Source: a bacterium (GTDB lineage Bacteria; Patescibacteriota; Minisyncoccia; Phycocordibacterales; JAUSHB01). From it: a stretch of DNA of 64,000 nucleotides. The translations under genes and the position numbers were made by a program. Shown piece by piece: positions 29,076 through 39,702 of the stretch. Within the stretch, counting starts at the first letter, position 1. Each line of letters opens with the position of its first letter. The notes beneath the pieces are model-generated. The model was not told where the DNA came from. It did not search any database and was given only the letters and a program-made list of their open reading frames with translations. The stretch spans positions 13,556 to 77,555 of the forward strand of contig JAUSHB010000010.1 of assembly GCA_030648955.1 (NCBI GenBank), in the 5' to 3' direction.

Positions 29076-29179
29076 AAAATGAAGTTTTTAAAGTTTATAA
29101 AGTTAAAAGTTTATAAAGTGAATCTCTTTGTTGTTGTCTGACTTTATGAACTTTATGGACTTTATAACTTTCTACTTGG

Positions 29180-29293
29180 TTATCCTTGCTTCTGCTTGTG
29201 TTTTGGGTTAACACAAATAACATACAAAAGTCGTTTTCGTCTGACCATTTTGCATTTTACGCAGATTTTTTTTACCGATGATCTAACCTTCAT
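29180..29293 (-). CDS. rpmJ: 50S protein L36 (not in ORF track)
   Basis: [37 protein letters not shown]. Confidence 0.97.
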   Translation of the reverse strand: MKVRSSVKKICVKCKMVRRKRLLYVICVNPKHKQKQG

Positions 29294-29628
29294 CCTATAA
29301 TGAAAACGGCATCGCTCTTAATTGACGGAGCAGATGTGCCATATTATTTTGTTATTAATTATATTTCGACACAGTACTTACTCATAAAATTATGCTCTTC
29401 CTCCAATACTGTTTCCCCTGCCTGCCAGTAGATAGGACAGACGAGTACTGCGGGATTCGTAGCACATATACACAAAAATGAAACCAATGGTTTGCCATAC
29501 AAACCATCAGTAATAATTCTCAAAACCAAAACAATGGCTAAAATTCCGACTGCCTGCACTACAATGCCCGGAGACGTAAAAATGCGAGTATTTTTGCACA
29601 GGAAGACCAGAGTGCGATTATATATTAT

Positions 29629-29850
29629 TTATAATCTTTTGACAACCCTTCCTTTCCCACCATAGGGGTCAAGCTTAATCATAACTTTATCGCCAATAAG
29701 AACCCGAATGCGATTAAACCGCATTTTCCCTGAAAGGTACGCGAGTATAACACTTTTATCAGGAAGCTCAACACGAAACATTGTATCCGGTAATGCCTCG
29801 GTGACAACCCCGTTAACGTGAAGGTCCTTATCGTCTTTTATATCAACCAT
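29629..29850 (-). CDS. infA: Translation initiation factor IF-1
   Basis: GVVTEALPDTMFRV; SGKMR..RI....GD. Confidence 0.96.
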   Translation of the reverse strand: MVDIKDDKDLHVNGVVTEALPDTMFRVELPDKSVILAYLSGKMRFNRIRVLIGDKVMIKLDPYGGKGRVVKRL

Positions 29851-30127
29851 TTTTTGATGTAAAGATATTATCAAATATAAACAAAAGCGTCAAGGAAATA
29901 AAGCGAGTTCGGTACAGATTATCAACTAATCAATCTGCGCCAGATGTGGTTATCTAAAGCACTATCCCCCTCCCGTTTTAATAATATCCTGGCGGGGTAA
30001 TATTAAAACTATTAACAATACCTCCCCTATTTAAATAGTAGGTAGTTGTATGTCTCGCCTTTCCAGTATAAATGTTAAAATATATATACTTTATATCACC
30101 CTGGGATATCGCGATAGAAATCTACTT

Positions 30128-31564
30128 TTATTCAAGTGCTTCAACGATGGTAATGTTCTTAGGATTTTTAGGAAAATTTGTCATCCAAAATGGCTGTATA
30201 ACTGCTTCTGCTTTCCAAATTGAAGCATATTGACTAATAACATTCTTAAATCCATCTTTTTTAGAAACACCCGTAAGTTCCCCCTTAAGTTTTTCTTGGT
30301 CAACATCCCACACAATAGAAGCTTGACCCGATATCACCAGAGAAATGTCTTTTAGATTTCCTGGATCAAGAATCTCGTGTTTGGGCTCCACATCAAGTTC
30401 CTCAATATTACGAATTAGCAAAGGACTTCCGTCATATGAGTCATCTATTTTTTTGACGATAAACCCACTAAGAATGCTTCTATTGAACATAACACCGTAC
30501 AGTGAGCCTTTTACCGTGATATGAGTCGGATTTTGAGGATTTATTGCCTCAAGGTCATTAAATATTATGAATATGGTGCTATCGTAGAGGATAAAACCCT
30601 CCGGAATCTGTGCTCGCGCTTTTTTAATGAGTTCACCTCGCAATGATTCTTTTAAGCGAGCAACTGCTTTATTTTGATCCTCTTCCGAAGGGACTTTTAC
30701 CTTGCCAGAAAACCCTCCCATCAAAGGAGTCTGGGATCGAGCATAAAATTTTGTATAACGGGGATCACCCTTAAAACCAGGAATGGTAAAATCTGATGGA
30801 CCACTGTTGTATTCTTCGCCCGGAGCGTCTCCATAAACTTTCGCTTCAACGCTTCCCGGGGTGGTTTTACCTCCCGCAACAGACATTCCGGGCACTACGA
30901 TTGAGTTATCAATACGATAAATTTTTCCGCTCTTTGATTCAAACCGTGTATTTTTAATCAATCGCTGACTTGCTGTACTATATTCGTTGTAAATTTTTAT
31001 TGTTCCCGAAGCTTTTTTTGTTATCTCTTTCTCAAGTGTTGCGGGAATATCTTCCGACATTTCTTCATTGGGGAGAGGAATCTTTTGGTAAGGAACGAAC
31101 CCTTCTTCGGTTGTATTTTCTCGCGCAACAATATCCAACTCAAGGGAAACAGATTTATTAAGTGGTATTATTTTAATTGTTGCTCCAAAAAAAATAGTGG
31201 AAAATGCAACACCAAGCGTGCCAACAATGACCACTACGGCAAGAATCCAAAGTACAAAATGAGAAGATTTTTTTTTGACATTATTTGAATTGCTTATCCG
31301 TGAAGACATACCGCTGCGAGAATGCTCGAAATCAGACACGTTCGATTCTGTGTGGTACGACTTCTTTATCAAGCGAGGAAGAAAATTTTCTGGCTGACCA
31401 CTTTGTAAAATCATTGGTGGTTTCTCGACAGTATCGTGTAAATCACGTGATTGTGTTGGGGCACTATTGGACGATGCACCAGGAATCTCACCTGAAACAT
31501 TTTTGAACCCTTCTTTCATCCTCTTGGAGGGAAACACGACATCCTGAATAATTCTTCTTGCCAT
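30128..31564 (-). CDS. Membrane-anchored CPR protein with baseplate-J-like domain
   Basis: Single TM, then KASGTIKIYN...L..NTRF...PG.EYN...FTIPG pattern. Confidence 0.7.
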   Translation of the reverse strand: MARRIIQDVVFPSKRMKEGFKNVSGEIPGASSNSAPTQSRDLHDTVEKPPMILQSGQPENFLPRLIKKSYHTESNVSDFEHSRSGMSSRISNSNNVKKKSSHFVLWILAVVVIVGTLGVAFSTIFFGATIKIIPLNKSVSLELDIVARENTTEEGFVPYQKIPLPNEEMSEDIPATLEKEITKKASGTIKIYNEYSTASQRLIKNTRFESKSGKIYRIDNSIVVPGMSVAGGKTTPGSVEAKVYGDAPGEEYNSGPSDFTIPGFKGDPRYTKFYARSQTPLMGGFSGKVKVPSEEDQNKAVARLKESLRGELIKKARAQIPEGFILYDSTIFIIFNDLEAINPQNPTHITVKGSLYGVMFNRSILSGFIVKKIDDSYDGSPLLIRNIEELDVEPKHEILDPGNLKDISLVISGQASIVWDVDQEKLKGELTGVSKKDGFKNVISQYASIWKAEAVIQPFWMTNFPKNPKNITIVEALE

Positions 31565-31596
31565 AAATTTCTTAGTATTGTATCAAATAAAAAAAA

Positions 31597-32787
31597 TTAT
31601 ATATGTCCGAGCTCGACAATACGATCAGCAAACAATGCTTCAACAACAATGAACGGGTCTTTTTCGGTCTGCGGACTGAAAATGGAGAATTTTCCCATGG
31701 TTGCATTATCGAGCAACGTGACTTCAAATGGTGATCCTGTTCCGGTAAATTCTCCTAGACTTGGGGATGTGAGACAATCAAAAAACCATGGAGCAACATC
31801 AGCGTCCGAAGTGAAGAAAACTGTATTCGGAAGTGAAATATCATCAGAAAGACTTCGGAGTCCCTCTTTGAGCGAATAGGTCCATTCCCCCTTTGATTCA
31901 TTAAGAATTTTTTGAATCTTTACCTTAGTACTATCGTTCGTCTTCCCTTCACGATACATGGTGTAGAGTGAGGCAACTTCTTCCGGTATCGTATTTAATC
32001 CACTTGATAGTCGTCGTAGTAAATAATTCTTCCCCAAGGGAAATGACGCCGTCTCGAGAAGAACATTGCTTTTCACCAATGATATGTCCGCAACTTCGCC
32101 ACTGATATCCATAAATAAGAAGTCGCTCTTGTGTGAGAAAATATCGCGTATCGTGCTAAATGCGGTAAGTGAAAATGAACTAAATTTAATATTTCGTGAA
32201 CCAAAAATTTTAGATACGCGAGATTTCACTGAACTCAATACTCTTTTGGGGACCATGCTGATGTAGAGTGATATCTCAAGATTTTTTGCACGCATGCCGT
32301 ACGGATTATCTGTAACATATCCATTCAACTTCATTTGAATGGTATGCGTTTCCATAATTTCTACTTCTTCCTCCCCCATACGTTTATACTTGCCAATATT
32401 GTGTGCCTTAAAACTTTCGATTTCACTCTCAACAAGATCATCAATACCATGTCTACTTACTGCAAATTCTTTACCTTGTTTCATCTTTATCACACGAGTC
32501 TGAGATACATACCATGGAGATGAAAAAACGCATAAAAAACTTCGTGGATTTTGCATTCCTGACTTCTGCATCCTTACCAACACCTTTTCAAGCGTCTCGA
32601 GCATAGAAGAAAGAAATCTCCCGAAATTAAGATCACTTTGAAATACCATACTTTCCCGAGCACTCCAAAGTATTTTTGGGGTAGAACCAGCCTCAAAGGA
32701 AATAAGCGCTCCACCAATACTCGCTGAACCAATATCAAAGACTGCAATGGTAGTCTTTTTGTCGGATTTTTTTAAAAAAGAGAACAT
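31597..32787 (-). CDS. Actin-fold FtsA/PilM-like protein
   Basis: FDIGSASI and FMDISGEVAD phosphate-loop-like motifs. Confidence 0.7.
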   Translation of the reverse strand: MFSFLKKSDKKTTIAVFDIGSASIGGALISFEAGSTPKILWSARESMVFQSDLNFGRFLSSMLETLEKVLVRMQKSGMQNPRSFLCVFSSPWYVSQTRVIKMKQGKEFAVSRHGIDDLVESEIESFKAHNIGKYKRMGEEEVEIMETHTIQMKLNGYVTDNPYGMRAKNLEISLYISMVPKRVLSSVKSRVSKIFGSRNIKFSSFSLTAFSTIRDIFSHKSDFLFMDISGEVADISLVKSNVLLETASFPLGKNYLLRRLSSGLNTIPEEVASLYTMYREGKTNDSTKVKIQKILNESKGEWTYSLKEGLRSLSDDISLPNTVFFTSDADVAPWFFDCLTSPSLGEFTGTGSPFEVTLLDNATMGKFSIFSPQTEKDPFIVVEALFADRIVELGHI

Positions 32788-32893
32788 ACATGTTCAGTAT
32801 AGCACAATAGAAAATAAGCTATGTGGAAAATTGAATCGTTAGAGCACTGAAACGTCTAGCCATAACAACCGTGGTGAATTTCCATAGGAAACA

Positions 32894-34720
32894 TTATTCC
32901 ACAACTGCCTTAATGCGCCTTACTCCAGCCGCAACCGCCTCTTCTTTTATTATTTTAAATTTACCGATTTCTTGTGTGTTTCCTACGTGAGGACCCCCGC
33001 ATAATTCGCGAGAATAGACCACGCCATCAGACGCTTTAACCACATACACATTGACCGTATTCGGATACTTTTCCCAAAAACTTCCCTCAACGCCCACTTT
33101 TTGTGCTTCATCTTTTGGCATCTGTTCAATGACCACCGTGCATTCCTTAATAATCGCTTCGTTAACATAGTCTTCCACTTTTTTGAGAATCTCTGGAGAT
33201 ACTTTTTCCGGATGAGTAAAATCAAAACGCGTGCGTTCTTGGGTGATATTGGAACCTGCTTGATGCACATGGTTACCCAAATATTTACGCAACCCTGCGA
33301 GCATCAAATGTGTGGAAGTGTGAAGCATGGTGGTTTTCTCGCCTGTGTCAGCGAGTCCTCCTTTGAATTTTTGTTCTGCACCAGCGCGAGAGAGGTCTTG
33401 GTGTTTTATTAATATTTCAGCATATTTTTCCTCGAACCTATCTTCTAAACTCATTTTCTTCTCTTGCACAATCTCTTTAGTCATTTCAACAGGAAAACCG
33501 TAAGTTTGGAAAAGATCGAACGCCTTTTTTGCAGATAATTGATTACTCGAAATAACCTCACCATCACCAAGGTTACGCACCTTTTCAAAACGGATGAGTC
33601 CTAATCCAAGCGTCTTTCTAAACTTATCCTCTTCAGCCCTAATCTCAGTTGCAATATGTTCTGCTTTTTGAGTGATGTTGTTGTATACCCCTTTATATTT
33701 TTGAGCAACAGTCGGCACAAATTGAGAAAGCATATTGTGTGAAATGCCAAGCACGTCTGCGTAACGCACTGCGCGGCGAAGAAGGCGGCGTAAAATATAT
33801 CCTTGATCAGTATTGGACGGAACTACCCCATCAGCAATCATAAAGACTGCTGTTCGAATATGGTCTGCGATGATACGTGCCGCACGTTCGTCGTATTCCC
33901 CCGCAGAAGATCGGATTTGTTTCATAAGCGGAGCAAATAAATCCGTATCAAACACATTATTCGTCTCCTGCATCACCATCGTAAGCCGCTCAAGTCCCGC
34001 GCCCGTATCAACATTTTTATTTTTAAGCTTTCCAATCACTTTGCCATCCTTTTTTTCATATTCCATAAACACGTCATTCCAAATTTCAACCACATCTTGC
34101 CGCTCATCAGCTACCAAATATTCTTCTTTACTCATTCCTTTATCAATTTTACCTGTTACATCGTAGAACATCTCCGTATCGGGACCGCATGGGCCATTGT
34201 CTCCCGCGCTCCACCAATTTTTACTTGCAGGCAAGAAATAGATTCTTTCGCCTTTGATGCCCTTCTCTTCAAAAATCTTTTTCCAAATTTCCGCTGATTC
34301 ATTGTCGCGCGGCGCATCATCATTTCCCTCAAACACAGTCACGTAGAGCCGATTTGGATCAAGCCCGAGCCCCTCTTCTTTTGACGTAAGAAATTCATAG
34401 CTCCACTTGATTGCATCCTCTTTAAAGTAGCCCCCGAGCGACCAATTGCCAAGCATTTCAAAAAACGTGTCGTGAGTGTTGTCCCCTACTTCATCTATAT
34501 CCTGCGTACGAACGCATTTTTGAGCATTTACGAGACGTTTCCCTGCCGGGTGTGGCGCGCCAAGAAGATACGGTACGAGCGGTTGCATGCCCGCAGTCGT
34601 AAAAAGCACCGAGGGGTCGTTCTCGGGCACAAGAGAAGCCGAGGGGATGATTGCATGCCCTCGTTTTTCAAAAAATTTGAGGAATTTTCCCCTAATCTCT
34701 TTTGAGTCCATAATACCCAT
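32894..34720 (-). CDS. alaS: Alanine--tRNA ligase, short form
   Basis: FTTAGMQP, FFEMLGNWS, DTGAGLER, ADHIR, HTSTH and ELCGGPH. Confidence 0.97.
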   Translation of the reverse strand: MGIMDSKEIRGKFLKFFEKRGHAIIPSASLVPENDPSVLFTTAGMQPLVPYLLGAPHPAGKRLVNAQKCVRTQDIDEVGDNTHDTFFEMLGNWSLGGYFKEDAIKWSYEFLTSKEEGLGLDPNRLYVTVFEGNDDAPRDNESAEIWKKIFEEKGIKGERIYFLPASKNWWSAGDNGPCGPDTEMFYDVTGKIDKGMSKEEYLVADERQDVVEIWNDVFMEYEKKDGKVIGKLKNKNVDTGAGLERLTMVMQETNNVFDTDLFAPLMKQIRSSAGEYDERAARIIADHIRTAVFMIADGVVPSNTDQGYILRRLLRRAVRYADVLGISHNMLSQFVPTVAQKYKGVYNNITQKAEHIATEIRAEEDKFRKTLGLGLIRFEKVRNLGDGEVISSNQLSAKKAFDLFQTYGFPVEMTKEIVQEKKMSLEDRFEEKYAEILIKHQDLSRAGAEQKFKGGLADTGEKTTMLHTSTHLMLAGLRKYLGNHVHQAGSNITQERTRFDFTHPEKVSPEILKKVEDYVNEAIIKECTVVIEQMPKDEAQKVGVEGSFWEKYPNTVNVYVVKASDGVVYSRELCGGPHVGNTQEIGKFKIIKEEAVAAGVRRIKAVVE

Positions 34721-34777
34721 TACTATAGCAGAAAGTTGCCAGCAAAAGAACGATACGCCCTATCGTAAGCCATATTA

Positions 34778-36577
34778 TTAGGATTGTGGCACCGCAAGCG
34801 CGCGGGAAATTTCATCATCGCTCCATCCGGCATCCTTAAGCGCCTTCTCGATTGCTTGAAATGTAAGCCCCGCCTCTCGTGCTTGTTTAATGTAATCGAG
34901 AAGCGACTTGTTTGGTGGCTTTAGTTCTCCATGATTGAGAGTTTTACTCTCAATGTTGTTTACATTACTTACTTGACTAATACCAGAAGCAGTGTCGGGC
35001 ATACCTCCTTCTTCGGTAGTTTCTTTTTCAGCACGTAGATTTTTTAATGTACCTACTTGTTCTACTGCAGTGGCGAATGGACTTTGTGGGGAAACTGCTT
35101 CGCTTGTTGTGTTTTGATGCCCTATCACGTGTTTAAGATGGTCCACGTCTAGGTGATCTTTTTTAAAATGCTTAAAAAGAATTGCGATGCCGATACCAAG
35201 ACCGATGAGAAGAAAGATGCCTGAAGCTACGAGTGCCCATGCAAGCATCCCCATCGAACGAATCTTATTCATAAACTCATCCCACTTTGAATCAATTGAA
35301 ACCCCCGAAGCAATAAGGGCATTGCACTGTTCAATATACGGTTCGACGTATTTTTCAACGCCAAATTTCTCGTTGACACTTTTTGCAAGTTCAAATTCAT
35401 CGATAGCCAATTTGCAGTGATTGTCGTGAAGAAGAATCAATCCGGATTTTAGATGCCCGCCATAGTTACCCTCATCGTTGATAATAAATGAATTGGAAAG
35501 AATTGCCTTTGCAATATCTGCAGGAACGGCAAATGCAAAATTATCGCCCGCCTGTTCCGTTGACACAACAGACAGACCATTTGATTGACTTTGAGAGCTT
35601 GTTTGCATGGTGACAAGCCCGGCTACTTGTCCATCAGTGTCAAACAAGGGTCCCCCGCTGGAACCAGTAGAAATTTTTGCGTCGGTTTGGAATATTTTAA
35701 AATCAGTATTTTGTGAATTTTTAAATGCACTGACTACTCCTTTTGTGAACATTGATTCGAGTAGATTGTTGCCATTCAACTCGGCATTTGAAGGAAAGCT
35801 AAATACATATACCGGACTTCCTATTGATAACTTATTCCCCCCTCCCAATCGAAGCGACGGAAGATTTTTTTCTAATATTTTTAATACGGCGACATCCTTA
35901 TCGTCTTTATACCAATTGTCATTCACACTCATAATCTCGACAGGAAATCCTGTTTCAGTAAGTTTTTTAAGCGTAACTTCTTTTGAAGTCGGATCAAGAA
36001 CAACAATCTTTTTTGTGAGATTAAAGGTGCTCTGTTCCACTACATAATCAAGGATCTGGCGCCCAAAGGCTACCCCCTCTTCTTTTGTTCTGCTACTATT
36101 CATTTTTGTAGCCTCGACATCACTGAGAGAAGATAGCTCCCCAGCAAGAAGAAGGTTAATAATGGGCTCCACAACTTGAATCTTTGCTGTGGCATCAGAA
36201 ACCACATGTGAATTCGTGAGGATATATCCATCCGGATTAACGACAAAACCGCTCCCCGCAAAATCAAGATTGACGGGCATCTTAAGTGGTTTTTCCCCGG
36301 GAATTGAACGCACGGTAAAATCTTTCAGATTGATTTTGAACGGTGCGATTGAAACATCGCCTTCAACGTGTACAACGATGCGTACGACTGCTGGCTTTAC
36401 CATACTCACCAATTCTTCTTCGGAAAGCTTTAATGGTGAAGCATCGAGTGATGTATCAAGAGTGCTTGCGAGTTGGCCTTGTGAAATGTCCCCCTGTTGA
36501 TAGATCTCCAATACGGAGGCGGATGAAACACCGAACAAGACAAAGAAAATGAGAAGGTAGAAATACTGTTTACGCAT
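34778..36577 (-). CDS. Membrane-anchored trypsin-like (S1C) serine protease
   Basis: TNSHVV, DVAVLK and GSSGGP; C-terminal TM plus L..AGW domain. Confidence 0.88.
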   Translation of the reverse strand: MRKQYFYLLIFFVLFGVSSASVLEIYQQGDISQGQLASTLDTSLDASPLKLSEEELVSMVKPAVVRIVVHVEGDVSIAPFKINLKDFTVRSIPGEKPLKMPVNLDFAGSGFVVNPDGYILTNSHVVSDATAKIQVVEPIINLLLAGELSSLSDVEATKMNSSRTKEEGVAFGRQILDYVVEQSTFNLTKKIVVLDPTSKEVTLKKLTETGFPVEIMSVNDNWYKDDKDVAVLKILEKNLPSLRLGGGNKLSIGSPVYVFSFPSNAELNGNNLLESMFTKGVVSAFKNSQNTDFKIFQTDAKISTGSSGGPLFDTDGQVAGLVTMQTSSQSQSNGLSVVSTEQAGDNFAFAVPADIAKAILSNSFIINDEGNYGGHLKSGLILLHDNHCKLAIDEFELAKSVNEKFGVEKYVEPYIEQCNALIASGVSIDSKWDEFMNKIRSMGMLAWALVASGIFLLIGLGIGIAILFKHFKKDHLDVDHLKHVIGHQNTTSEAVSPQSPFATAVEQVGTLKNLRAEKETTEEGGMPDTASGISQVSNVNNIESKTLNHGELKPPNKSLLDYIKQAREAGLTFQAIEKALKDAGWSDDEISRALAVPQS

Positions 36578-36642
36578 GCGTTATAGTATATATTAAATTT
36601 AAAACTCCGTAAAAGTTATAAAAACACCCGGTGCGCAAGATG

Positions 36643-36930
36643 TTAGTTACCATGTTTTTCTGCAACAATGTATCGACATCCTTCGCTTCCCATTTTGACA
36701 GAATGGACCGTTCCCGCAATCACGTCTATGCGATCGCCACGTTTTAAAATTCGGCCCGTGTGTTCAGAAATAACTTTCATTTCTCCTTCTAATACAATGT
36801 GTGCGGAAGTAAATACATGTGAGTGATCGCGATATTCAGCGTTGGGACCATCGTGCCAAAGATAGATGTTTTCAAATCCTTCATCAAGAAGTTTTCTTCT
36901 CCATTGTTCTTCTATTGATGGTTCGTGCAT
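36643..36930 (-). CDS. Cupin domain protein
   Basis: HSH...HIVLEG...GD...GTVH. Confidence 0.85.
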   Translation of the reverse strand: MHEPSIEEQWRRKLLDEGFENIYLWHDGPNAEYRDHSHVFTSAHIVLEGEMKVISEHTGRILKRGDRIDVIAGTVHSVKMGSEGCRYIVAEKHGN

Positions 36931-36941
36931 ATAAACAATAG

Positions 36942-37082
36942 TTATATATTAGAATCTCCATTATCAATTGCAAGATGTTCCTGGTGTTTCTTTTTTCTTC
37001 GGTGAAGTGCCAGAGATCGCCCAAGTAAAATACCAGCGGCAAGAGATAACAATAAAATAAAATATTCAAAGAAGGTGTCCAT
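36942..37082 (-). CDS. Small single-TM protein (46 aa; not in ORF track)
   Basis: MDTFFEYFILLLSLAAGILLGRSLALHRRKKKHQ...; fills the gap between co-oriented genes. Confidence 0.55.
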   Translation of the reverse strand: MDTFFEYFILLLSLAAGILLGRSLALHRRKKKHQEHLAIDNGDSNI

Positions 37083-37097
37083 GTATGTGTAAAATAA

Positions 37098-37601
37098 TTA
37101 TTCGTTGTGGTGTTTGTTTTCCTGATTCGATCCACTATACAGCCCCTTAAACGTTCCCTGTTCAATATACCGCTCTTCAACAAACCACATTACCGTAAAA
37201 ATAAAGAGAGTGATGAGGGTCGCGATAAGCGCAAGAAGAAAAAGACCGAAACCAGACGCCATGCCGATTCCCGCAGCAACCCACAACCCCGCGGCAGTAG
37301 TAAGACCACTTAGGTGAGATTCTTTGAAGACAATGAGTCCTGCACCAAGAAAACCTATCCCTACAACGATTTGTGATGCCATACGAAGTGGATCAAATGA
37401 CACTTGCCCAAGATACCAACCGGAAACGATCAAAGAAATAATTACAAATAATGCCGCACCGATGGAAACGAGTGCATACGTTCGCACGCCGGCGGTCTTT
37501 CCCGCAACAGCGCGCTCAATACCAAGCAAAACCCCAAGAACCATCGCAATAAGAAGACGCGCAATGAGATCTATGTTTGAAATGAGAATGTGTTGATCCA
37601 T
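37098..37601 (-). CDS. MgtC/SapB family protein
   Basis: GIER...AGVRT; DP.R...QIV.GIGFLGAG; GLTTAA. Confidence 0.93.
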   Translation of the reverse strand: MDQHILISNIDLIARLLIAMVLGVLLGIERAVAGKTAGVRTYALVSIGAALFVIISLIVSGWYLGQVSFDPLRMASQIVVGIGFLGAGLIVFKESHLSGLTTAAGLWVAAGIGMASGFGLFLLALIATLITLFIFTVMWFVEERYIEQGTFKGLYSGSNQENKHHNE

Positions 37602-37818
37602 GATGATAATTCAAAATGTAAATATCAAAATGTAAAATTACAGTTTAAAATTTAAAGACAAGGAAGGATTGTGCTGTTTTTCTTTTTGAATTTTCATTTG
37701 TGATTTTAAACTTTGATTTTTTAATTTGTTGTAACAGAATTCCATTCCTTTAATTAATAGTACTAGAAAGGATGGGGACGTGCAAATAAGGGGGGTGTGG
37801 TGAGTATCGCCACACGAG

Positions 37819-38439
37819 TTATTTAAGCACCTTCTGCAATATAGGATAAATACGATCTGCAATAATGGCATACCCGGAATTATTTGGATGCACAGAATCA
37901 CTCATATAGTTAGTATTCCCCAGTAATCCCTTGAGCACATTGGGGACATACGCACTGCCTGTTTTTTCCGCAAGCGACTGCAAGTCAGATTCATATCCAT
38001 CAGTAATCAGTCCGCCACGCACACCAAGGAGAATGACCACGGCACCCGCATCTTGTATGGTGATAATTATTTGTTCAAGATTCTTAAGTGTTTCTGTTTT
38101 GGGAACACGCCTGAGAAAATCATTTCCTCCCAAAAGCACCATGACCACCTTGGGATTTTTTGAAAGTACACTCTCAATGCGCGTTAATGCCATTGCAGTC
38201 GTATCGCCTGCATATCCAAAATTTTCAATTGGCGTATTGATGCGTTCTGAAAGAAGCGACACGAAATCATTCCCTTCTGTGGATCCCACACCGCGCGCGA
38301 GACTATCTCCAAAAACAATGACTGCTTCACCCGACGATGGATAGTTTTTTATATCGTAACCCCTGTTCATTCCAAACCAAAGCGCGACTGCAATAAATAT
38401 GAGAACAACTGCAACGCCTGTAATTTTTGAGTATTTCAT
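37819..38439 (-). CDS. SGNH/GDSL arylesterase
   Basis: FGDSL, GGND and DSVHPN. Confidence 0.92.
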   Translation of the reverse strand: MKYSKITGVAVVLIFIAVALWFGMNRGYDIKNYPSSGEAVIVFGDSLARGVGSTEGNDFVSLLSERINTPIENFGYAGDTTAMALTRIESVLSKNPKVVMVLLGGNDFLRRVPKTETLKNLEQIIITIQDAGAVVILLGVRGGLITDGYESDLQSLAEKTGSAYVPNVLKGLLGNTNYMSDSVHPNNSGYAIIADRIYPILQKVLK

Positions 38440-38447
38440 GGAAACAC

Positions 38448-38810
38448 TTATACCAGCAGTGAACTATGAGCAAAGGTAATGATGGCAACAACAATCCCAG
38501 CAAATATAAATGAAACGAGAACGGCACCAGAAGCGATATCTTTACTTGCTCCGATTAATTCATGATGTTCAGGGTGAAGTTTTTTAAATGCAGTTTCCAA
38601 TGCAGTATTGGTAAGTTCTGTAACGAGAATAAGTGCGTAGGCAAGAATAAGAAATAGGAATTCCGTCTCTGTGAGGGGCCACAATAAAAATGCTATTGCG
38701 ATAAATGGAAAACAACCCCAAACTTCCATGTGAAAACTTTTATCGGATTGATATGCAAATCGTATTCCCCGCATTGCATGACATATCGATATGTAGATTT
38801 TTTTAATCAT
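38448..38810 (-). CDS. dgkA: Diacylglycerol/undecaprenol kinase family
   Basis: ELTNTALE; KDIASGAV. Confidence 0.88.
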   Translation of the reverse strand: MIKKIYISICHAMRGIRFAYQSDKSFHMEVWGCFPFIAIAFLLWPLTETEFLFLILAYALILVTELTNTALETAFKKLHPEHHELIGASKDIASGAVLVSFIFAGIVVAIITFAHSSLLV

Positions 38811-38843
38811 TACCTTTATAGTATCTTATCTGTACAGGAAGCA

Positions 38844-39698
38844 TTAATCCTGAACAGGTAAACACAACTCTCCTGCTTCATCCAAAACATTTTTAATTTC
38901 GTTTTCAGTCATTCCATGTTCTCGTAAAATATTCTGATTACGTTCCACATCGCGACACAGCACGACATTGTTTTGAAGTAGGTGATTTTTTGAATTACTG
39001 GGAAGCGTAGACAGGCAGGTGAGCGGATGAACACCAGTATTTAAAATAAGATCCTGGAGATTCCCCTTTTGGGGATAATTCCAGCCAATAAGCGTGAGTC
39101 CGGCGCATGTTCCATAGTCAATTGCTTGCGAAGTTAGTTTTGTATTTGTCATAAGCCACCCCTCATGTACTCGCGGACTTCTTCCCTCTTTTTCCGCACG
39201 CGCTTCGTGAGCCTTGGTGATATCATCAAAGCGAGCCTTTACGTAAAGCGCCACCTTCACATCACTTTTAATCCCATGACTGTTGTGAAATTTGCATTCT
39301 ACAAAAATATGCTTATCTCCTTTTTCGGCAAGAATATCAACTTCGTGTTCAACGCAATATCCGGGCAAAATACCTCCTACCTTTACAGAATACCCTTGCG
39401 CTTTCAAAATCTCACCGACAAAACGTTCAAAAGGAAACCCTGATGGCCCGAGTTGCATTATGGCTTGCCTCAAACTATACCGTGCCGCAACAGGCGGACG
39501 GTGGCGTCGTAGAAGCGTAAATGCATGGTGATAAATGTCAGAAGTTTTTACATCATCACCGAGCTCACTTTCAACGTGTGCGATGATTTCCTCCGTAAGA
39601 GCTGATGGCGCACCAGCACTTTTAAGAGACATGCGAAGTTTGTTTGCCGAAAATTCCTCGCGTTCTCCTGATGCTTTTGTAATCCATCGTGGGGACAT
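38844..39698 (-). CDS. ATP-cone + Mrr-like restriction endonuclease domain protein
   Basis: ITKASGEREEF...KL; GFPFERF; EVD...VECK. Confidence 0.85.
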   Translation of the reverse strand: MSPRWITKASGEREEFSANKLRMSLKSAGAPSALTEEIIAHVESELGDDVKTSDIYHHAFTLLRRHRPPVAARYSLRQAIMQLGPSGFPFERFVGEILKAQGYSVKVGGILPGYCVEHEVDILAEKGDKHIFVECKFHNSHGIKSDVKVALYVKARFDDITKAHEARAEKEGRSPRVHEGWLMTNTKLTSQAIDYGTCAGLTLIGWNYPQKGNLQDLILNTGVHPLTCLSTLPSNSKNHLLQNNVVLCRDVERNQNILREHGMTENEIKNVLDEAGELCLPVQD

Positions 39699-39702
39699 AA
39701 TT

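Noticed and set aside
29359-29600. Gene between infA and rpmJ
   Set aside because: Weak start and no recognisable motif; possibly a decayed fragment.
29880-30125. Structured ncRNA upstream of infA
   Set aside because: Only an imperfect hairpin near 29974-30010; no recognisable RNA family.
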